Shown here: in pieces, positions 15,995-32,694 of the stretch
Numbering within the stretch: the stretch's first letter is position 1
Layout: every line of letters begins with the position of its first letter
Sequence record: LC519489.1
Source: Escherichia phage SP22
Reading direction: 5' to 3' (one strand)
Length of the DNA: 64,000 nt
Translations under genes and position numbers: made by a program
The notes under the pieces: model-generated
The model's database searches: none
What the model saw: only the letters and a program-made list of their open reading frames with translations
What the model was told of the DNA's origin: nothing

Positions 15995-16444
15995 ATGTGC
16001 TATACAGGCGACCCAGCCAATAACCCTCTTGATAGAGTAAGAATCCTCTGCACAGACACCAATAATGATGAAATTCTTATTGAACAGTCTGTGCTAGAGT
16101 GGTTCTATCTAGAATCTGGAAAGGATGAAAAGAAAGCAGCCATCAAAGCTCTTAAATATTTACTCTTTCAAGTAGCCAAGATGGGAGATGAGAAGGTTGG
16201 TGGTGTTTATTTACGTAACTCTTCCAGATTCAAATCTCTGAAAGCTGTTTATGACGACCTTGTTAAAAGCTCTGTTTCAGGACTACCCTATGCAGGTGGT
16301 ATTAATCAGTGTGATATTGATATGCGTCGTCAAAATCCTTGCTCTGTCAAGAAATACACAGAATATGGTGATGCTGCCAGATACGAAGGCAGAGATTACT
16401 GCAACCGTGTTAATGGCGTATTTATTATCGAGCGAGATGAATAA
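15995..16444 (+). CDS. Hypothetical head-completion/connector protein
   Basis: ORF track; position. Confidence 0.4.
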   Translation: MCYTGDPANNPLDRVRILCTDTNNDEILIEQSVLEWFYLESGKDEKKAAIKALKYLLFQVAKMGDEKVGGVYLRNSSRFKSLKAVYDDLVKSSVSGLPYAGGINQCDIDMRRQNPCSVKKYTEYGDAARYEGRDYCNRVNGVFIIERDE

Positions 16445-16926
16445 TGGTTAAAAGGGTTATTCACCCCGCTAGAGCAAAATTAGTCGGGGCTATGAAGAAC
16501 TTGCAAACGGCTAATGCTCAAGTTGGGTATTTTCAAGAACAAGGTCAACATAGCTCTGGTTTTTCTTATCCTGCTTTAATGTATTTACAAGAAGTTATTG
16601 GGGTTCCCTCAGCTTCTGGTAAAGTATATCGTAGGTTGTTTGAAATCACTATGATGCTAAACAGACAGACCTTGTTAGAGCAGACTAAGAAGAATCTATA
16701 TAAGCAACTTAGCAGTCTCAACACAGACCCTTCAAATACCTTAGAAGCATTTGCAAAGAATGCTCAAAAGGCAATTAAAAGAGGTTTTGGTAATTCTGCT
16801 ATCCTCCCTCCTAACGCACCTTCCACAGTCAAGAAAAAAGGCTTTAATGCACCTCTTGTTGAGACAGGTGACTTAAGGGATAACCTTGCTTATAAAATTT
16901 CTACTAAGAAGGGTATTAAAAAATGA
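16444..16926 (+). CDS. Hypothetical head-tail joining protein
   Basis: ORF track; position. Confidence 0.4.
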   Translation: MVKRVIHPARAKLVGAMKNLQTANAQVGYFQEQGQHSSGFSYPALMYLQEVIGVPSASGKVYRRLFEITMMLNRQTLLEQTKKNLYKQLSSLNTDPSNTLEAFAKNAQKAIKRGFGNSAILPPNAPSTVKKKGFNAPLVETGDLRDNLAYKISTKKGIKK

Positions 16927-17324
16927 GACTCTTAAACAGACACAGCTTTGTAGTAAAGCGCAAAGCCTCTGAAGATGGTTATTACAATGATGATGGTGAT
17001 TGGGTAGCTTCACAAGATATTGTAGAGGTTAACTGTAAAGGTAATATCCAGCCATATATCAAAGGTTCTGTAAAGAATGGTACACAGATTGCTTTACCGG
17101 AAGGTATCAGACTTACCGATACAAGAATCCTGTATACTACATATAAACTTAGAACTTCAGATGATGTAGAGTGGAATGAGTCTGACATTGTTATGATTGA
17201 TGGTCATGAGTATGAAGTATTTATGACTATGGATTGGTCACAGCAATTAGCCCATACGTCCCATTATGAATATATCATTATTAGAAGGGATAAAATGAAT
17301 GCAGTTAGAAACAGCAGAACTTGA
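16923..17324 (+). CDS. Hypothetical tail-completion protein
   Basis: ORF track; start overlaps previous stop. Confidence 0.4.
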   Translation: MRLLNRHSFVVKRKASEDGYYNDDGDWVASQDIVEVNCKGNIQPYIKGSVKNGTQIALPEGIRLTDTRILYTTYKLRTSDDVEWNESDIVMIDGHEYEVFMTMDWSQQLAHTSHYEYIIIRRDKMNAVRNSRT

Positions 17325-17898
17325 AAAAGGTCTAGTTAGAACCTTAGTGGATGTTATTGGTCACAGACTAGCTCGTGATAAAAATAATAGACCAAATGTA
17401 ATTAGAGCTTACCCTTCTGATAACTCAAATGACAAAGGTTTAAAACCTGACCAGCCATTTATTACCGTATATTGTCAAGATGCTGCAACACCTTATGGTT
17501 GGGTTCTTGATAAGTTTGTTGAGGATGATGTAGTTTGCTATAGAATTGCTTTTCAAATTCCAGTATTAATTACGGTAAATGGTAAAGGTGCTCACAGTAT
17601 TATGCTTGAGCTTAAACAACGATTAGAGATGAGTTCAGTCAGAGATTTAATTCTTGAAGAGACAGGAGCTACAGTTTTAGACACTGGAGCTATCCCAAAT
17701 GACTACACTTATCTTAATACAGATTTCGAAAATTCTGCACCTCTTGTTGTAACTCTTGTAAAAAATTCAGTCCTGAAAGATGAACGTGGAAGTATTATTG
17801 AGCGTGTCATTGTTGATGGTGAATTAGTTTACGAAGAAGGACAAGAGCCACCAGAATATACTATCCATCTAGATGTAGACTCCAAAGGGGTAAAATAA
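17299..17898 (+). CDS. Hypothetical tail-completion protein
   Basis: ORF track; position. Confidence 0.4.
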   Translation: MQLETAELEKGLVRTLVDVIGHRLARDKNNRPNVIRAYPSDNSNDKGLKPDQPFITVYCQDAATPYGWVLDKFVEDDVVCYRIAFQIPVLITVNGKGAHSIMLELKQRLEMSSVRDLILEETGATVLDTGAIPNDYTYLNTDFENSAPLVVTLVKNSVLKDERGSIIERVIVDGELVYEEGQEPPEYTIHLDVDSKGVK

Positions 17899-19251
17899 AT
17901 GTGGAATCCAATTGTTAATGTAGATATTACATTGAACACCGCAGGAACTACAAGAGAAGGTTTTGGGCTGCCACTATTTTTAGCTTCAACAGATAACTTT
18001 GAAGAAAGAGTCCGTGGTTACACTTCCTTAACTGAAGTTGCTGAAGATTTCGATGAAAATTCTGCTGCATATAAGGCTGCTAAACAACTTTGGAGTCAGA
18101 CTCCTAAAGTAACTCAGCTTTATATTGGTAGACGTGCTATGCAGTACACTGTATCAATTCCTGATGAGGTTACTGAGAGCACCGATTATTCTTTAACTGT
18201 AGCTGTGGGCGGTGGAGTTTCTCAGCCATTCCAGTATACAGCACAGACATCAGATACCGCTGAGAAGGTGTTGCAGCAGCTTAAAACACAAATTGAAGCA
18301 GAACCTTCTGTAAAAGACCTTGTTACTGTCAATGTAACTGGTTCTGGTGGTTCAGCAACAATGGTAATCACCAAAGCTGGTGTCAACGACTTCGTGAAGG
18401 TTACTACTACAGCACAAACAGTGTCAATTGCAAGTACAACTGCTGACACAGCATCGACTGCTCTGGCAGCTATTGAAGCGTATTCAACTGACTGGTATTT
18501 CATTGCAGCAGAAGACAGAACTCAACAGTTTGTCTTAGCAATGGCTTCTGAGATTCAAGCTCGTAAGAAGATTTTCTTTACAGCTAACTCCGATGTAGCA
18601 GCACTGCAAGGTACAGAATTAGCCAGTGCAAATGATGTTCCAGCACAACTTGCTAAGAATAAGTACACTCGCACAGTTTGCTTGTGGCATCACACAGCAG
18701 CAGAAGACTATCCAGAAATGGCATACATCGCTTATGGTGCTCCATATGATGCAGGTTCAATTGCTTGGGGTAACGCACAGCTAACTGGCGTAGCTGCTTC
18801 TCTACAGCCATCTAATCAGAGACCTCTGACAAGTATTCAGAAGTCAGCTTTAGATGCACGTCACTGTAACTTTATTGACCTTGATGGTGGTGTTCCAGTG
18901 GTTCGTAGAGGGATTACTTCTGGTGGGGAATGGATTGATATCATCCGTGGTGTTGACTGGTTAGAATCAGACCTGAAAACTTCTCTGAGAGACTTGCTAA
19001 TTAACCAGAAGGGTGGTAAGATTACTTATGATGATACTGGTATTACCCGTATTCGTCAAGTCATTGAAACCTCTCTGCAAAGAGCAGTCAACAGAAACTT
19101 CCTGTCATCTTACACAGTTAATGTTCCTAAAGCCTCTCAAGTTGCTTTGGCAGACAAGAAAGCTCGTATCCTGAAAGATGTTACCTTCGCAGGTATCTTA
19201 GCAGGGGCTATCTTGGATGTTGACTTGAAAGGTACAGTGGCTTACGAATAA
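17899..19251 (+). CDS. Tail sheath protein (putative)
   Basis: 450 aa immediately upstream of a tube-sized ORF, chaperone pair and tape measure (myovirus order). Confidence 0.55.
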   Translation: MWNPIVNVDITLNTAGTTREGFGLPLFLASTDNFEERVRGYTSLTEVAEDFDENSAAYKAAKQLWSQTPKVTQLYIGRRAMQYTVSIPDEVTESTDYSLTVAVGGGVSQPFQYTAQTSDTAEKVLQQLKTQIEAEPSVKDLVTVNVTGSGGSATMVITKAGVNDFVKVTTTAQTVSIASTTADTASTALAAIEAYSTDWYFIAAEDRTQQFVLAMASEIQARKKIFFTANSDVAALQGTELASANDVPAQLAKNKYTRTVCLWHHTAAEDYPEMAYIAYGAPYDAGSIAWGNAQLTGVAASLQPSNQRPLTSIQKSALDARHCNFIDLDGGVPVVRRGITSGGEWIDIIRGVDWLESDLKTSLRDLLINQKGGKITYDDTGITRIRQVIETSLQRAVNRNFLSSYTVNVPKASQVALADKKARILKDVTFAGILAGAILDVDLKGTVAYE

Positions 19252-19266
19252 TAGAGGTAAATTGGA

Positions 19267-19713
19267 ATGGCTATGTATCAGCAATATTCCCCTAAAGACG
19301 TTGTGTGTAGCTGGAATGGTATTGCCATTGAAGGCTTTGCCCCAGACTCATTCTTACGTCTACAGAGAACATCACCACTTGTGACACCAGTTGTAGGTGC
19401 AGGTGGTCAGGTTGCTCTGACAAGAAATGCAGACAAGACAGGTACTATTGAGATTGAGCTAATGCAGACTTCTCTCTCTAATCAGATGCTTTCTGCAATT
19501 CAAGCTAAACAAGACAATATGGAACTTGAAGAAGATATCTCTTCTAACTTCGTAATCTACGACCCATCAGGCTCTGTTCTGGCAACTGGTATTAATGCTT
19601 GGTTGCAGGAATTACCACAGATTGAACTTGGTCGTGACCAGAACTCTAAAACTTGGATTTTTGGTTGTGAGAAGCTAGACTATACTTCTACAATTCCAGC
19701 GTCAAGTGTTTAA
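19267..19713 (+). CDS. Tail tube protein (putative)
   Basis: 148 aa after sheath gene; strong terminator downstream. Confidence 0.5.
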   Translation: MAMYQQYSPKDVVCSWNGIAIEGFAPDSFLRLQRTSPLVTPVVGAGGQVALTRNADKTGTIEIELMQTSLSNQMLSAIQAKQDNMELEEDISSNFVIYDPSGSVLATGINAWLQELPQIELGRDQNSKTWIFGCEKLDYTSTIPASSV

Positions 19714-19725
19714 TAAATCCTATAA

Positions 19726-19757
19726 GGGGGAGACTTTAAAAGGTCTTCCCCTTTTTT
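19726..19757 (+). terminator. Rho-independent terminator after tube gene
   Basis: GGGGGAGAC / GTCTTCCCC stem followed by T6. Confidence 0.6.
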
Positions 19758-19785
19758 GTTTCTTTTAAAGTATTAAGGAATCACA

Positions 19786-20184
19786 ATGAAAACAGAATCT
19801 AGAGTAATTAATGGTAAGAAAGTAAATATCGTTCTGCTTGGGGCAAGAGATGGTATTAAGATGTCTATGAAGTTGGGTAAAATTGTTGTTCCAACATTTG
19901 CACAGATGCTGTCAAGCCTGACTGATAAAGATAAGAAAGAAGCTCCAATGGTTCCATTTAAAGAACTTGTTGAAGCTTGTTTTGACAGAATTGAAGAAAT
20001 TAACCTTGAAGAAATGGCTACCATGTTATTTCAAGGGGCAACTGTTGATGACTTCCCACTTAATATTGATACATACTTCCAAGCAAACTACGGTGAATTT
20101 ATTGATTACTTAGCATTTGCGCTGGAGGCAAACTTCGGAAGTTTTTTCGAAGCAAGCATTTTCAAAAGCCTAACTTCTCAGTAA
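19786..20184 (+). CDS. Tail assembly chaperone (G-like)
   Basis: Upstream of tape measure; slippery heptamer T_TTT_TTC at 20142-20148 near 3' end. Confidence 0.5.
   Translation: MKTESRVINGKKVNIVLLGARDGIKMSMKLGKIVVPTFAQMLSSLTDKDKKEAPMVPFKELVEACFDRIEEINLEEMATMLFQGATVDDFPLNIDTYFQANYGEFIDYLAFALEANFGSFFEASIFKSLTSQ
20142..20148 (+). promoter_or_regulatory. Candidate -1 programmed frameshift site (T TTT TTC) joining 19786-20184 to 20187-20426
   Basis: Heptamer in X_XXY_YYZ register of the upstream ORF; -1 frame open from here into the downstream ORF. Confidence 0.45.
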
Positions 20185-20186
20185 AC

Positions 20187-20425
20187 ATGGGTAACACTCT
20201 ACAGACACCACTAACTGATGCTGCTGTAGAGGCAACCTATGAAGAAGCAGACGAGATGAAATTTGTGCTTGCTATTTATGGTATGGAAGGGTGTAAAGAA
20301 ACACTTGACCAACTCTTTGCTATGACATTCTCTGATTTATTATCATTGAGACAATTTCTTGAAATTCAGAGGTCGTATAAAGAGGAAATTGCTTACAACG
20401 AACTTAGAAGAGCAGGAAAAATGTA

Positions 20426-20426
<1 letters not shown>
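20187..20426 (+). CDS. Tail assembly chaperone extension (GT-like, likely expressed by frameshift)
   Basis: Frame is -1 relative to 19786 ORF; immediately precedes tape measure. Confidence 0.45.
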
Positions 20427-25789
<5,363 letters not shown>

Positions 25790-25790
<1 letters not shown>

Positions 25791-27259
25791 TGGCAGGATT
25801 AACTACAACAGGATTACAAACTCTAAGATATCAGGAAATTTTTGATAATATCAAATCAAGACTTCTTAGAGATATTTCACCCAACCTTGACGTTTCTGAA
25901 GATAGTCAATTAGGACTCTTCCTAGCTTCAATTGCAAGGTCTTTAGCTGATACTCATGAGATTCTATCAGAAATCTACGATGGAGGTACAATTGATAAGG
26001 CTGAAGGGTTTAACCTTGATGATATTACAGCTTTAAATGCGGTATACAGATATGTTGCTCAGGCAACAAGAGGTCAAGTTGAGTTTACTGGAACGACTGG
26101 TGCTACCATTCCTTCAACAACAAGGTTAAGAAGTACTGCCGGAAACATCTTTTATCCAGTTAATAATATTACCCTTACTCCATCATATTGTGTTGAAGCT
26201 ATCCTTGAAGTTAACTCTTTACGAACTGATGCAGATTATGTTATTATTATTGATAACGTCATTTTCTCATATAAACCAACCTCATCAGACACAATCACCA
26301 CGCTTCTAACAAAATTAGCAGAAGCTATTAATGGTGGTATTGTAGCAAAAGCAGAAGTCATTAATGATGGAGCCGCACTAAGAGTCTATAAAGACGAGGG
26401 TGATATCATTGCAAGAACAAATCCTATGGTTGTCACTGCAACAACGTTTCTGACCTTTACAAAAATTACAACTATTTCAGATGTAGTAGCTGAAGAGGTT
26501 GGTGCTACCCCTGCTTTGGCTGGTACGCTTATTGAGATTGAGACAACTGTTGATGGTCTTGACAGTATTTATAACAGGTATGACTTAACAACTGGTAGAA
26601 ACGAAGAAACTGACACAGAACTTAGACAGAGATATTTAGAATCTTTAGCAGTTACTGGTGTAGGGACTTTGGATGCAATTGTAGCTGCTGTTAAAAGAGT
26701 TCAAGGTGTCTCAGATGCTTCAGGTGTTGAGAATGATACTGAAGAGACAAGCTCAGAAGGTCTTCCACCAAAATCTTTTAAGATTGTTGTAGTTGGTGGT
26801 CAAAATGATAATGTTGCTCAAGCAATCTGGGATACAAAACCTGCTGGTATTAGAGCTTATGGCTCAATTTTTGGTACAGCCCATGATTTAGGTGGATTGG
26901 CACATAATATTTATTTTAGCAGACCAACACCAAAATACGCATTTGTTAAAGTCTCTTACTCTTTATATGATGAAGAAAGCTTGACAATCCCTGAAGAGGA
27001 TATCAGAGACAGCATTGTACAAGGTATTAATGCTTATGGGAGAACTCTTAAGGTTGGTAATGATGTTATCCCTAACAGAATCTATGGATATATCTATGAC
27101 GTAATTAAAGGTATTGAGATTAATGAGGTTAAAGTAGCCTTATCAAACAGCCAATCAGTCCCACCTAGTGACGGGCAGTATACTACAGCAAGAATTACTG
27201 TTGACGGTGACCAATATACTGTTTGGGAAAGCAGCCAGTATACCATCACTAAGGAGTAA
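25790..27259 (+). CDS. Baseplate J-like protein (putative)
   Basis: 489 aa, position in baseplate cluster. Confidence 0.45.
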
Positions 27260-27261
27260 TA

Positions 27262-28116
27262 ATGTTTGAAAAGATTGATAGTGTTTATTACAAAACACTT
27301 GATGAAAGGACTGTAACACAGTTTAAAGATAAATTTATCTATACAAGTATCTTGAAAGCAATCACTGATGAATTACAAACTCTAGAGGATGTTTGCTGGC
27401 AGATGCACACAGAGAGAAATATCAGGACGTCAGTAGGCCAACAGCTTGATAACATTGGCTCACTGATTAAAGTTCCTAGACCTTTAGGTGCAGATGATGA
27501 AACATATAGGGCTATGCTTTATATTCAAATCTTCCTAAGACGCTCTGACACCACCCCAACATTCTTGCAAAAAGCAATTATGACGCTATACGGTGCAACT
27601 TTCTCTCAGATTTTTGAGCATATTACTCCTAAGACTGGTGGTATCGTTATCCGTATCAACACTAGAAAAAGCGTTCTAGATGCTGCATATACACTGTCAA
27701 AGATTTCTGCAACAACTACTGGCTCCGCTGTTATCTTAAGAGATGTTACTTTAAATGGGACTGCTTGGACACCTGTAGAGGTTGCTGATTCATCACTTGC
27801 TATTGTTGATGATAAAGAGAACTGGTTTGTAACTGATGCTAACAGAGGTCTTGTCACAAATAACACTGGTGGCTCTCTGGAGTCCAACTTAGTAGGTAGT
27901 CTTGCAGATGCTGGTGTTATTGATGGTTACTTTAGGGTTGACAGAACAGCAAACTCACAGAGTGATGATTATATGACTGTAGATAGGTCCAATAATAGTG
28001 GTTATTTCATCGTTGGTAAAGAAGCTATTGCAGGTGGTGCATATGGAATCATGGCTGAGGTTGCACAAATTGTCAAAGGCAGAAAAGATAAATCACAACA
28101 AGAAGGAAATTCTTAA
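27262..28116 (+). CDS. Baseplate/tail fibre attachment protein (putative)
   Basis: Position. Confidence 0.4.
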   Translation: MFEKIDSVYYKTLDERTVTQFKDKFIYTSILKAITDELQTLEDVCWQMHTERNIRTSVGQQLDNIGSLIKVPRPLGADDETYRAMLYIQIFLRRSDTTPTFLQKAIMTLYGATFSQIFEHITPKTGGIVIRINTRKSVLDAAYTLSKISATTTGSAVILRDVTLNGTAWTPVEVADSSLAIVDDKENWFVTDANRGLVTNNTGGSLESNLVGSLADAGVIDGYFRVDRTANSQSDDYMTVDRSNNSGYFIVGKEAIAGGAYGIMAEVAQIVKGRKDKSQQEGNS

Positions 28117-28418
28117 TGGCAGTTTTAAATTGGTCTACAAATGAAGTAGATACTGATGGTAACCAGTTAAAAGTTTTACCACCACCGGAAGTTCAAGAGA
28201 CAGGTCTTTTAAAGGGTGAACCTATGGGTAGACAGTGGTTCAACTATATTATCAACTACCTGCTTAATAAAGTAAACGGCACTGTTGGTGAAGTTCGCTC
28301 ATATGCAACTGAGCAACCAGATTTAGTGGCTAATGGATGGAATCTGATTAAATCTGAGACAGGGACTGCATCAACAAGTACAGGAAACCTTTACACATAT
28401 GAATATGTAGGAGCTTAA
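28116..28418 (+). CDS. Hypothetical tail protein
   Basis: ORF track. Confidence 0.4.
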   Translation: MAVLNWSTNEVDTDGNQLKVLPPPEVQETGLLKGEPMGRQWFNYIINYLLNKVNGTVGEVRSYATEQPDLVANGWNLIKSETGTASTSTGNLYTYEYVGA

Positions 28419-28420
28419 TA

Positions 28421-29596
28421 ATGGCAGTAGGTGAAATTCAAATTAGTGCCTTGCCACAAGCGGCCTTACCAGTTGATTTAAGTGATATCTTCCATCTTAA
28501 GCAAGGTGTTGAGGATAAAAGATGTACGCTTGAACAGTTGTTAGCACCTCACGCATCTTTGAGGAATAATCCTCATGGTGTAACCAAATCGCAAGTGGGT
28601 CTTGATAATGTTATTAACTCTCTCCAATTAGTTGCAGCTAATAACTTGTCAGACATTGTGAATGTTGCTGAGGCAAGAGCAAATCTACAAATTATGTCGT
28701 CAGAGGAAGTGAATAACTTAATTCAGCAACATATTGACGACAAAAGTAACCCACACAATACAACGAAAGCGCAGGTCGGTTTAAGTAATGTTCAGAACTG
28801 GACAACATCTAATCTGTACAATGAAGATGCTGATAAGTACGCTACCGCGAGAGCAGTGAATAATTTATACAAAGCTATTCAAGCATCATATCCAGTAGGG
28901 ACTATTCATCTATCTGTTAACTCTGCTAACCCATCAACTTACTTGCTTTGTGGAGGTACTTGGGAGTTAGTTTCTAAAGGTAGAGCACTAGTTGGTTATG
29001 ATACAGATTCTAGACCTGTTGGTTCAATGTTTGGTTCTCAGACTGTAGCATTAACGAATAATAATTTACCAGCACACACACACTCTATCTATCTAACAGG
29101 TGGTGGTCATACACACTCTGCAAGTGTATCTATCTCTAGTTTTGATTATGGTTCAAAGAGTACATCAACTTTTGACTACGGTACAAAAACGACTAATAGT
29201 ACTGGTGCTCATACTCACACGTTTAGTGGTACAACAAGTAATGCTGGTAACCACAACCATAGAGTACCTATGAGGGGTAATGATAGGGGCGGTACAAATG
29301 CTATTACTGCATCTGCTGATGCTGGTGTTGGTAATGCTATGTATACTGATTTAGCTGGTGCTCACACCCATAGCTTCTCAGGCACAACTGCATCATCTGG
29401 TGCTCATAGCCATACTGTTGCAATTGGTGCTCACAGCCACACTGTTAATATTGGTTCACACAGTCATACTGGCACTGTTACTGTTTCTAGCTCTGAGCAT
29501 ACACACTCAGGGACATCTGGTTCTGTTGGTGGTGGTCAAGCTTTCAGTGTTGAGCAACCATCTTTTGTAGTATATGTGTGGCAGAGAACAGCTTAA
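28421..29596 (+). CDS. Tail fibre protein with C-terminal His-x-His repeat array
   Basis: Repeated GAHSHTV / HTHS motifs; C-terminus resembles that of the next ORF (ends W-x-RTA). Confidence 0.6.
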   Translation: MAVGEIQISALPQAALPVDLSDIFHLKQGVEDKRCTLEQLLAPHASLRNNPHGVTKSQVGLDNVINSLQLVAANNLSDIVNVAEARANLQIMSSEEVNNLIQQHIDDKSNPHNTTKAQVGLSNVQNWTTSNLYNEDADKYATARAVNNLYKAIQASYPVGTIHLSVNSANPSTYLLCGGTWELVSKGRALVGYDTDSRPVGSMFGSQTVALTNNNLPAHTHSIYLTGGGHTHSASVSISSFDYGSKSTSTFDYGTKTTNSTGAHTHTFSGTTSNAGNHNHRVPMRGNDRGGTNAITASADAGVGNAMYTDLAGAHTHSFSGTTASSGAHSHTVAIGAHSHTVNIGSHSHTGTVTVSSSEHTHSGTSGSVGGGQAFSVEQPSFVVYVWQRTA

Positions 29597-29642
29597 TTTC
29601 TTTACAGGGGTTTTGTAGCCCCTTTTAAGAGGAAAATTTATA

Positions 29643-32012
29643 ATGGCAGATTACAAATTGAGTCAATTAAACTCAATCGACACAATTCGTTCAGAAGACC
29701 TATTGCACATCAGAGTTAAGAAAAGACCTGAAATGTTGGGTGACGAAGACCGTAGAATGACCTATCAAGACTTCTTAGCTTCCTTCAAACTAGAAAGGTT
29801 TGTTCAGATTGCTGGGAGTACTATGACGGGAGACTTAGGTATTGTCAAGTTACTTTACGGTGGTAAGGCAGTATTTGACCCAACAGGCTCTTCTGAGATT
29901 ACTATTGGGGATATTTTAAAGACTTTTAAAATTAACTCAAATGGGCTTAAACTCACTATTGCAGATGCCACAAGGTCGGCAACTGTTTATCATACTTTGA
30001 ATAAACCAAGCCCTAATGAACTTGGTATGAGAACTAATGAAGAGAATGATGCAAGATATGCAAGGCTTGCTGTTACAAACACATTCTCTGGAACTCAGAA
30101 CATTCAAGGTGATGCTAACTTACTTCGTCTTAGAAACCAGAATGCAAATAATGCGCAATATATTGAGGGTGTGAACTTAGATGGTTCAGCTAGATGGTGG
30201 GTTGGTATTGGTAGTAATGGCTCTGATGAAGTAAAACTGTACAATAACAAATACAACTCAGCTTTGACTATTGCAAGCAATATCTCTGTTAATAAGTCTT
30301 TAGCAATCACTGGTCAAGTTCAACCTTCAGACTTCTCTAACTTAGATGCTAGATACTTCACTCAGACAGTTGCTAATCAGAGATTTGCACAGTTAGCTGG
30401 TAATAACACTTTTACAGGTGCTAACACATTTAGGACTATGAGTGTTATTTCAAATGCTGCTGCTATCACACTGCAATGTGCATCAGCAAACGAATCCCTG
30501 TATCTACTTGCAAAAGATTATGAAGGTGGAAACTTATGGTATCTTGGTAAAGGTAGTTCAGGTGCTGGTGTAACTATCTACAACTATACCACTAACACCT
30601 CTTTGGTCTTAGATGCTGCTGGGGTATCAGCAAATAAAAATGTCAGAATCACTGGTCAAGTTCAACCTTCAGATTGGGCTAACATTGACTCTAGATATAT
30701 TCCGGCAGCAACATTAAGCACGATTGCAAGAACTAATGCACAAAATACTTTTAATGGTGTACAGAAAGTTGTTACGGATGATGAAGCCCTAATTGTGAAA
30801 AACTCTACTCAGAACAGACCATTGTATATCCGTGGTGTGGACACTGCTAATGTTTCAAGATGGTGGGTAGGTGTTGGTGGGGCAGATACTAATGACGTGA
30901 CACTAAATAACAGTTTTTCTGGAACTCAGTTAGTTTTAGGTAACTCATCTGCAAGTATCAACAAAACACTAACTCTAACTGGACAGATTCAACCTTCAGA
31001 TTTCTCTAACTTAGATGCTAGATACTACGTTAAATCTGCAACAGATGCAAAGTACTTATGGTCATCAGCCAGAGCTTTGGTGGAGGAGTCTGATGGTGGT
31101 GTGGCTTGGAACCAACCTTCAGGAATTTATGCAGAGACTATCAATGGTGGTGGTTCAAGCCGTTTAGTCTTACACCTATTCGCTAATATGTTAGCATCAA
31201 CACCAACTGCACAATTAAGATTTGATTACAGGAATAGTGGTTTATGGTATAGAACAGCCAGAGATAGGTATGGTTTTGAGGCTGAATGGTCTAAGGTTTA
31301 CACTGAAGCTCAGAAACCAACACCTTCAGAAATTGGTGCATACACTAAAGCAGAGACTGACCAGAAGATTGCAGAGGCGATTAGTGACTCTACAGACCTG
31401 AATAAAATCTATCCAGTAGGTATTGTAACGTGGTTTAACAGTAATGTTAACCCTAATACAGCACTTCCTGGATTAACTTGGACGTACCTGAACAATGGTG
31501 TTGGTAGAACTATTAGAATTGCAGCAGCAAATGGTTCAGATGTTGCTACAACTGGTGGTTCAGACTCTGTAACGTTGTCTGTCGGTAACTTACCTTCACA
31601 TACACATAGCTTCTCTGCTACCACTTCATCATTTGATTATGGTACTAAGACAACAAATACGACTGGCAACCATGCTCATGATAGAGGTAACATGGAAATC
31701 TCTGGTGTGTTTGGTTGGTTCAGAAGTGACAATGGTGCATTTTACACTGCGAGTGGTGCGTTTGTGATGGGTAGTAGTCAGGCTTCACATGGCTTCACAG
31801 GCTCTAACTTCACTTACGGTGCTCCTGTTGATTTCCACGCGTCAAGAACTTGGACAGGTGTAACTAATACAACCGGTAACCACGCTCACAGCGTCGGTAT
31901 TGGTGCTCACAACCACACAGTTAGCGGTAACACTGGTGGTACAGGTTCTGGTTCAGCATTTAGTGTTACTAACCAGTTCTACAAGTTAATGGCTTGGGTG
32001 AGAACTGCTTAA
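29643..32012 (+). CDS. Long tail fibre protein with internal repeats and C-terminal His-x-His array
   Basis: Three copies of ITGQVQPSD(F/W)SNLD(A/S)RY; C-terminal NHAHSVGIGAHNHTV. Confidence 0.65.
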   Translation: MADYKLSQLNSIDTIRSEDLLHIRVKKRPEMLGDEDRRMTYQDFLASFKLERFVQIAGSTMTGDLGIVKLLYGGKAVFDPTGSSEITIGDILKTFKINSNGLKLTIADATRSATVYHTLNKPSPNELGMRTNEENDARYARLAVTNTFSGTQNIQGDANLLRLRNQNANNAQYIEGVNLDGSARWWVGIGSNGSDEVKLYNNKYNSALTIASNISVNKSLAITGQVQPSDFSNLDARYFTQTVANQRFAQLAGNNTFTGANTFRTMSVISNAAAITLQCASANESLYLLAKDYEGGNLWYLGKGSSGAGVTIYNYTTNTSLVLDAAGVSANKNVRITGQVQPSDWANIDSRYIPAATLSTIARTNAQNTFNGVQKVVTDDEALIVKNSTQNRPLYIRGVDTANVSRWWVGVGGADTNDVTLNNSFSGTQLVLGNSSASINKTLTLTGQIQPSDFSNLDARYYVKSATDAKYLWSSARALVEESDGGVAWNQPSGIYAETINGGGSSRLVLHLFANMLASTPTAQLRFDYRNSGLWYRTARDRYGFEAEWSKVYTEAQKPTPSEIGAYTKAETDQKIAEAISDSTDLNKIYPVGIVTWFNSNVNPNTALPGLTWTYLNNGVGRTIRIAAANGSDVATTGGSDSVTLSVGNLPSHTHSFSATTSSFDYGTKTTNTTGNHAHDRGNMEISGVFGWFRSDNGAFYTASGAFVMGSSQASHGFTGSNFTYGAPVDFHASRTWTGVTNTTGNHAHSVGIGAHNHTVSGNTGGTGSGSAFSVTNQFYKLMAWVRTA

Positions 32013-32091
32013 TCACTTGTTGACTGATTGTTAAGATGGTGTTAATATTCTTTATAGGTATTCTCACCATCTTGGCTGATGAGGTGATTAA

Positions 32092-32289
32092 ATGCCTACA
32101 ATCCTAGCAATTCTTCTAAAAAATCTAGGTAGCTTCTTCTGGAAACTCGTTTTATCCCTTCTAAGTGAATACATGATTGAGAAAGTGTTCTTCAGACTTG
32201 CAAGATATCTTGCGAGTAAAACAGATACACCTATTGATGATGAGTTCGTAGATAACTTAGAAAAAGCTTTTAAGGGGGAGAATAAATGA
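32092..32289 (+). CDS. Small hypothetical membrane protein
   Basis: Hydrophobic N-terminus; ORF track. Confidence 0.4.
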   Translation: MPTILAILLKNLGSFFWKLVLSLLSEYMIEKVFFRLARYLASKTDTPIDDEFVDNLEKAFKGENK

Positions 32290-32657
32290 AGTGGCTAGAG
32301 GAAGCTTTTAAAAATAATATTGGTGCAATTGTAGTTGGTATTTTTAGTGTTATTGGGATGTATACCACCATGCAAGTTTCGGATGGTAAGCAAGAAGTGT
32401 CTGTCACAACAAAGTTACAACAGCTAGATAATTATTCCAAAAGTAACTATTCAGCTATTCGTGATTTACAGTCTGACATGAGACTGATTCAGCTAGGGAT
32501 GGAGAACCAGAAAGTTCAGTTAGAGAATGTTAAGGGTGAGAATGCAAAACTTACCAAAACTCTTGATAAATTCTCTGACAGTGTGAACAATCTGGCTCAA
32601 TCAGTATCAGCCTTGCAAGCTATTACTGAAAAGAACACAAAGAATACTGAAAAATAA
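32286..32657 (+). CDS. Hypothetical membrane-anchored coiled-coil protein
   Basis: One hydrophobic segment then helical Gln/Lys-rich region. Confidence 0.4.
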   Translation: MKWLEEAFKNNIGAIVVGIFSVIGMYTTMQVSDGKQEVSVTTKLQQLDNYSKSNYSAIRDLQSDMRLIQLGMENQKVQLENVKGENAKLTKTLDKFSDSVNNLAQSVSALQAITEKNTKNTEK

Positions 32658-32664
32658 AATTTTA

Positions 32665-32692
32665 AGGCTCCCGTAAAAAGGAGCCTTTTTTG
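32665..32692. terminator. Bidirectional rho-independent terminator between convergent modules
   Basis: AGGCTCC-cgtaaaa-GGAGCCT hairpin flanked by A-run and T-run. Confidence 0.65.
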
Positions 32693-32694
32693 TT

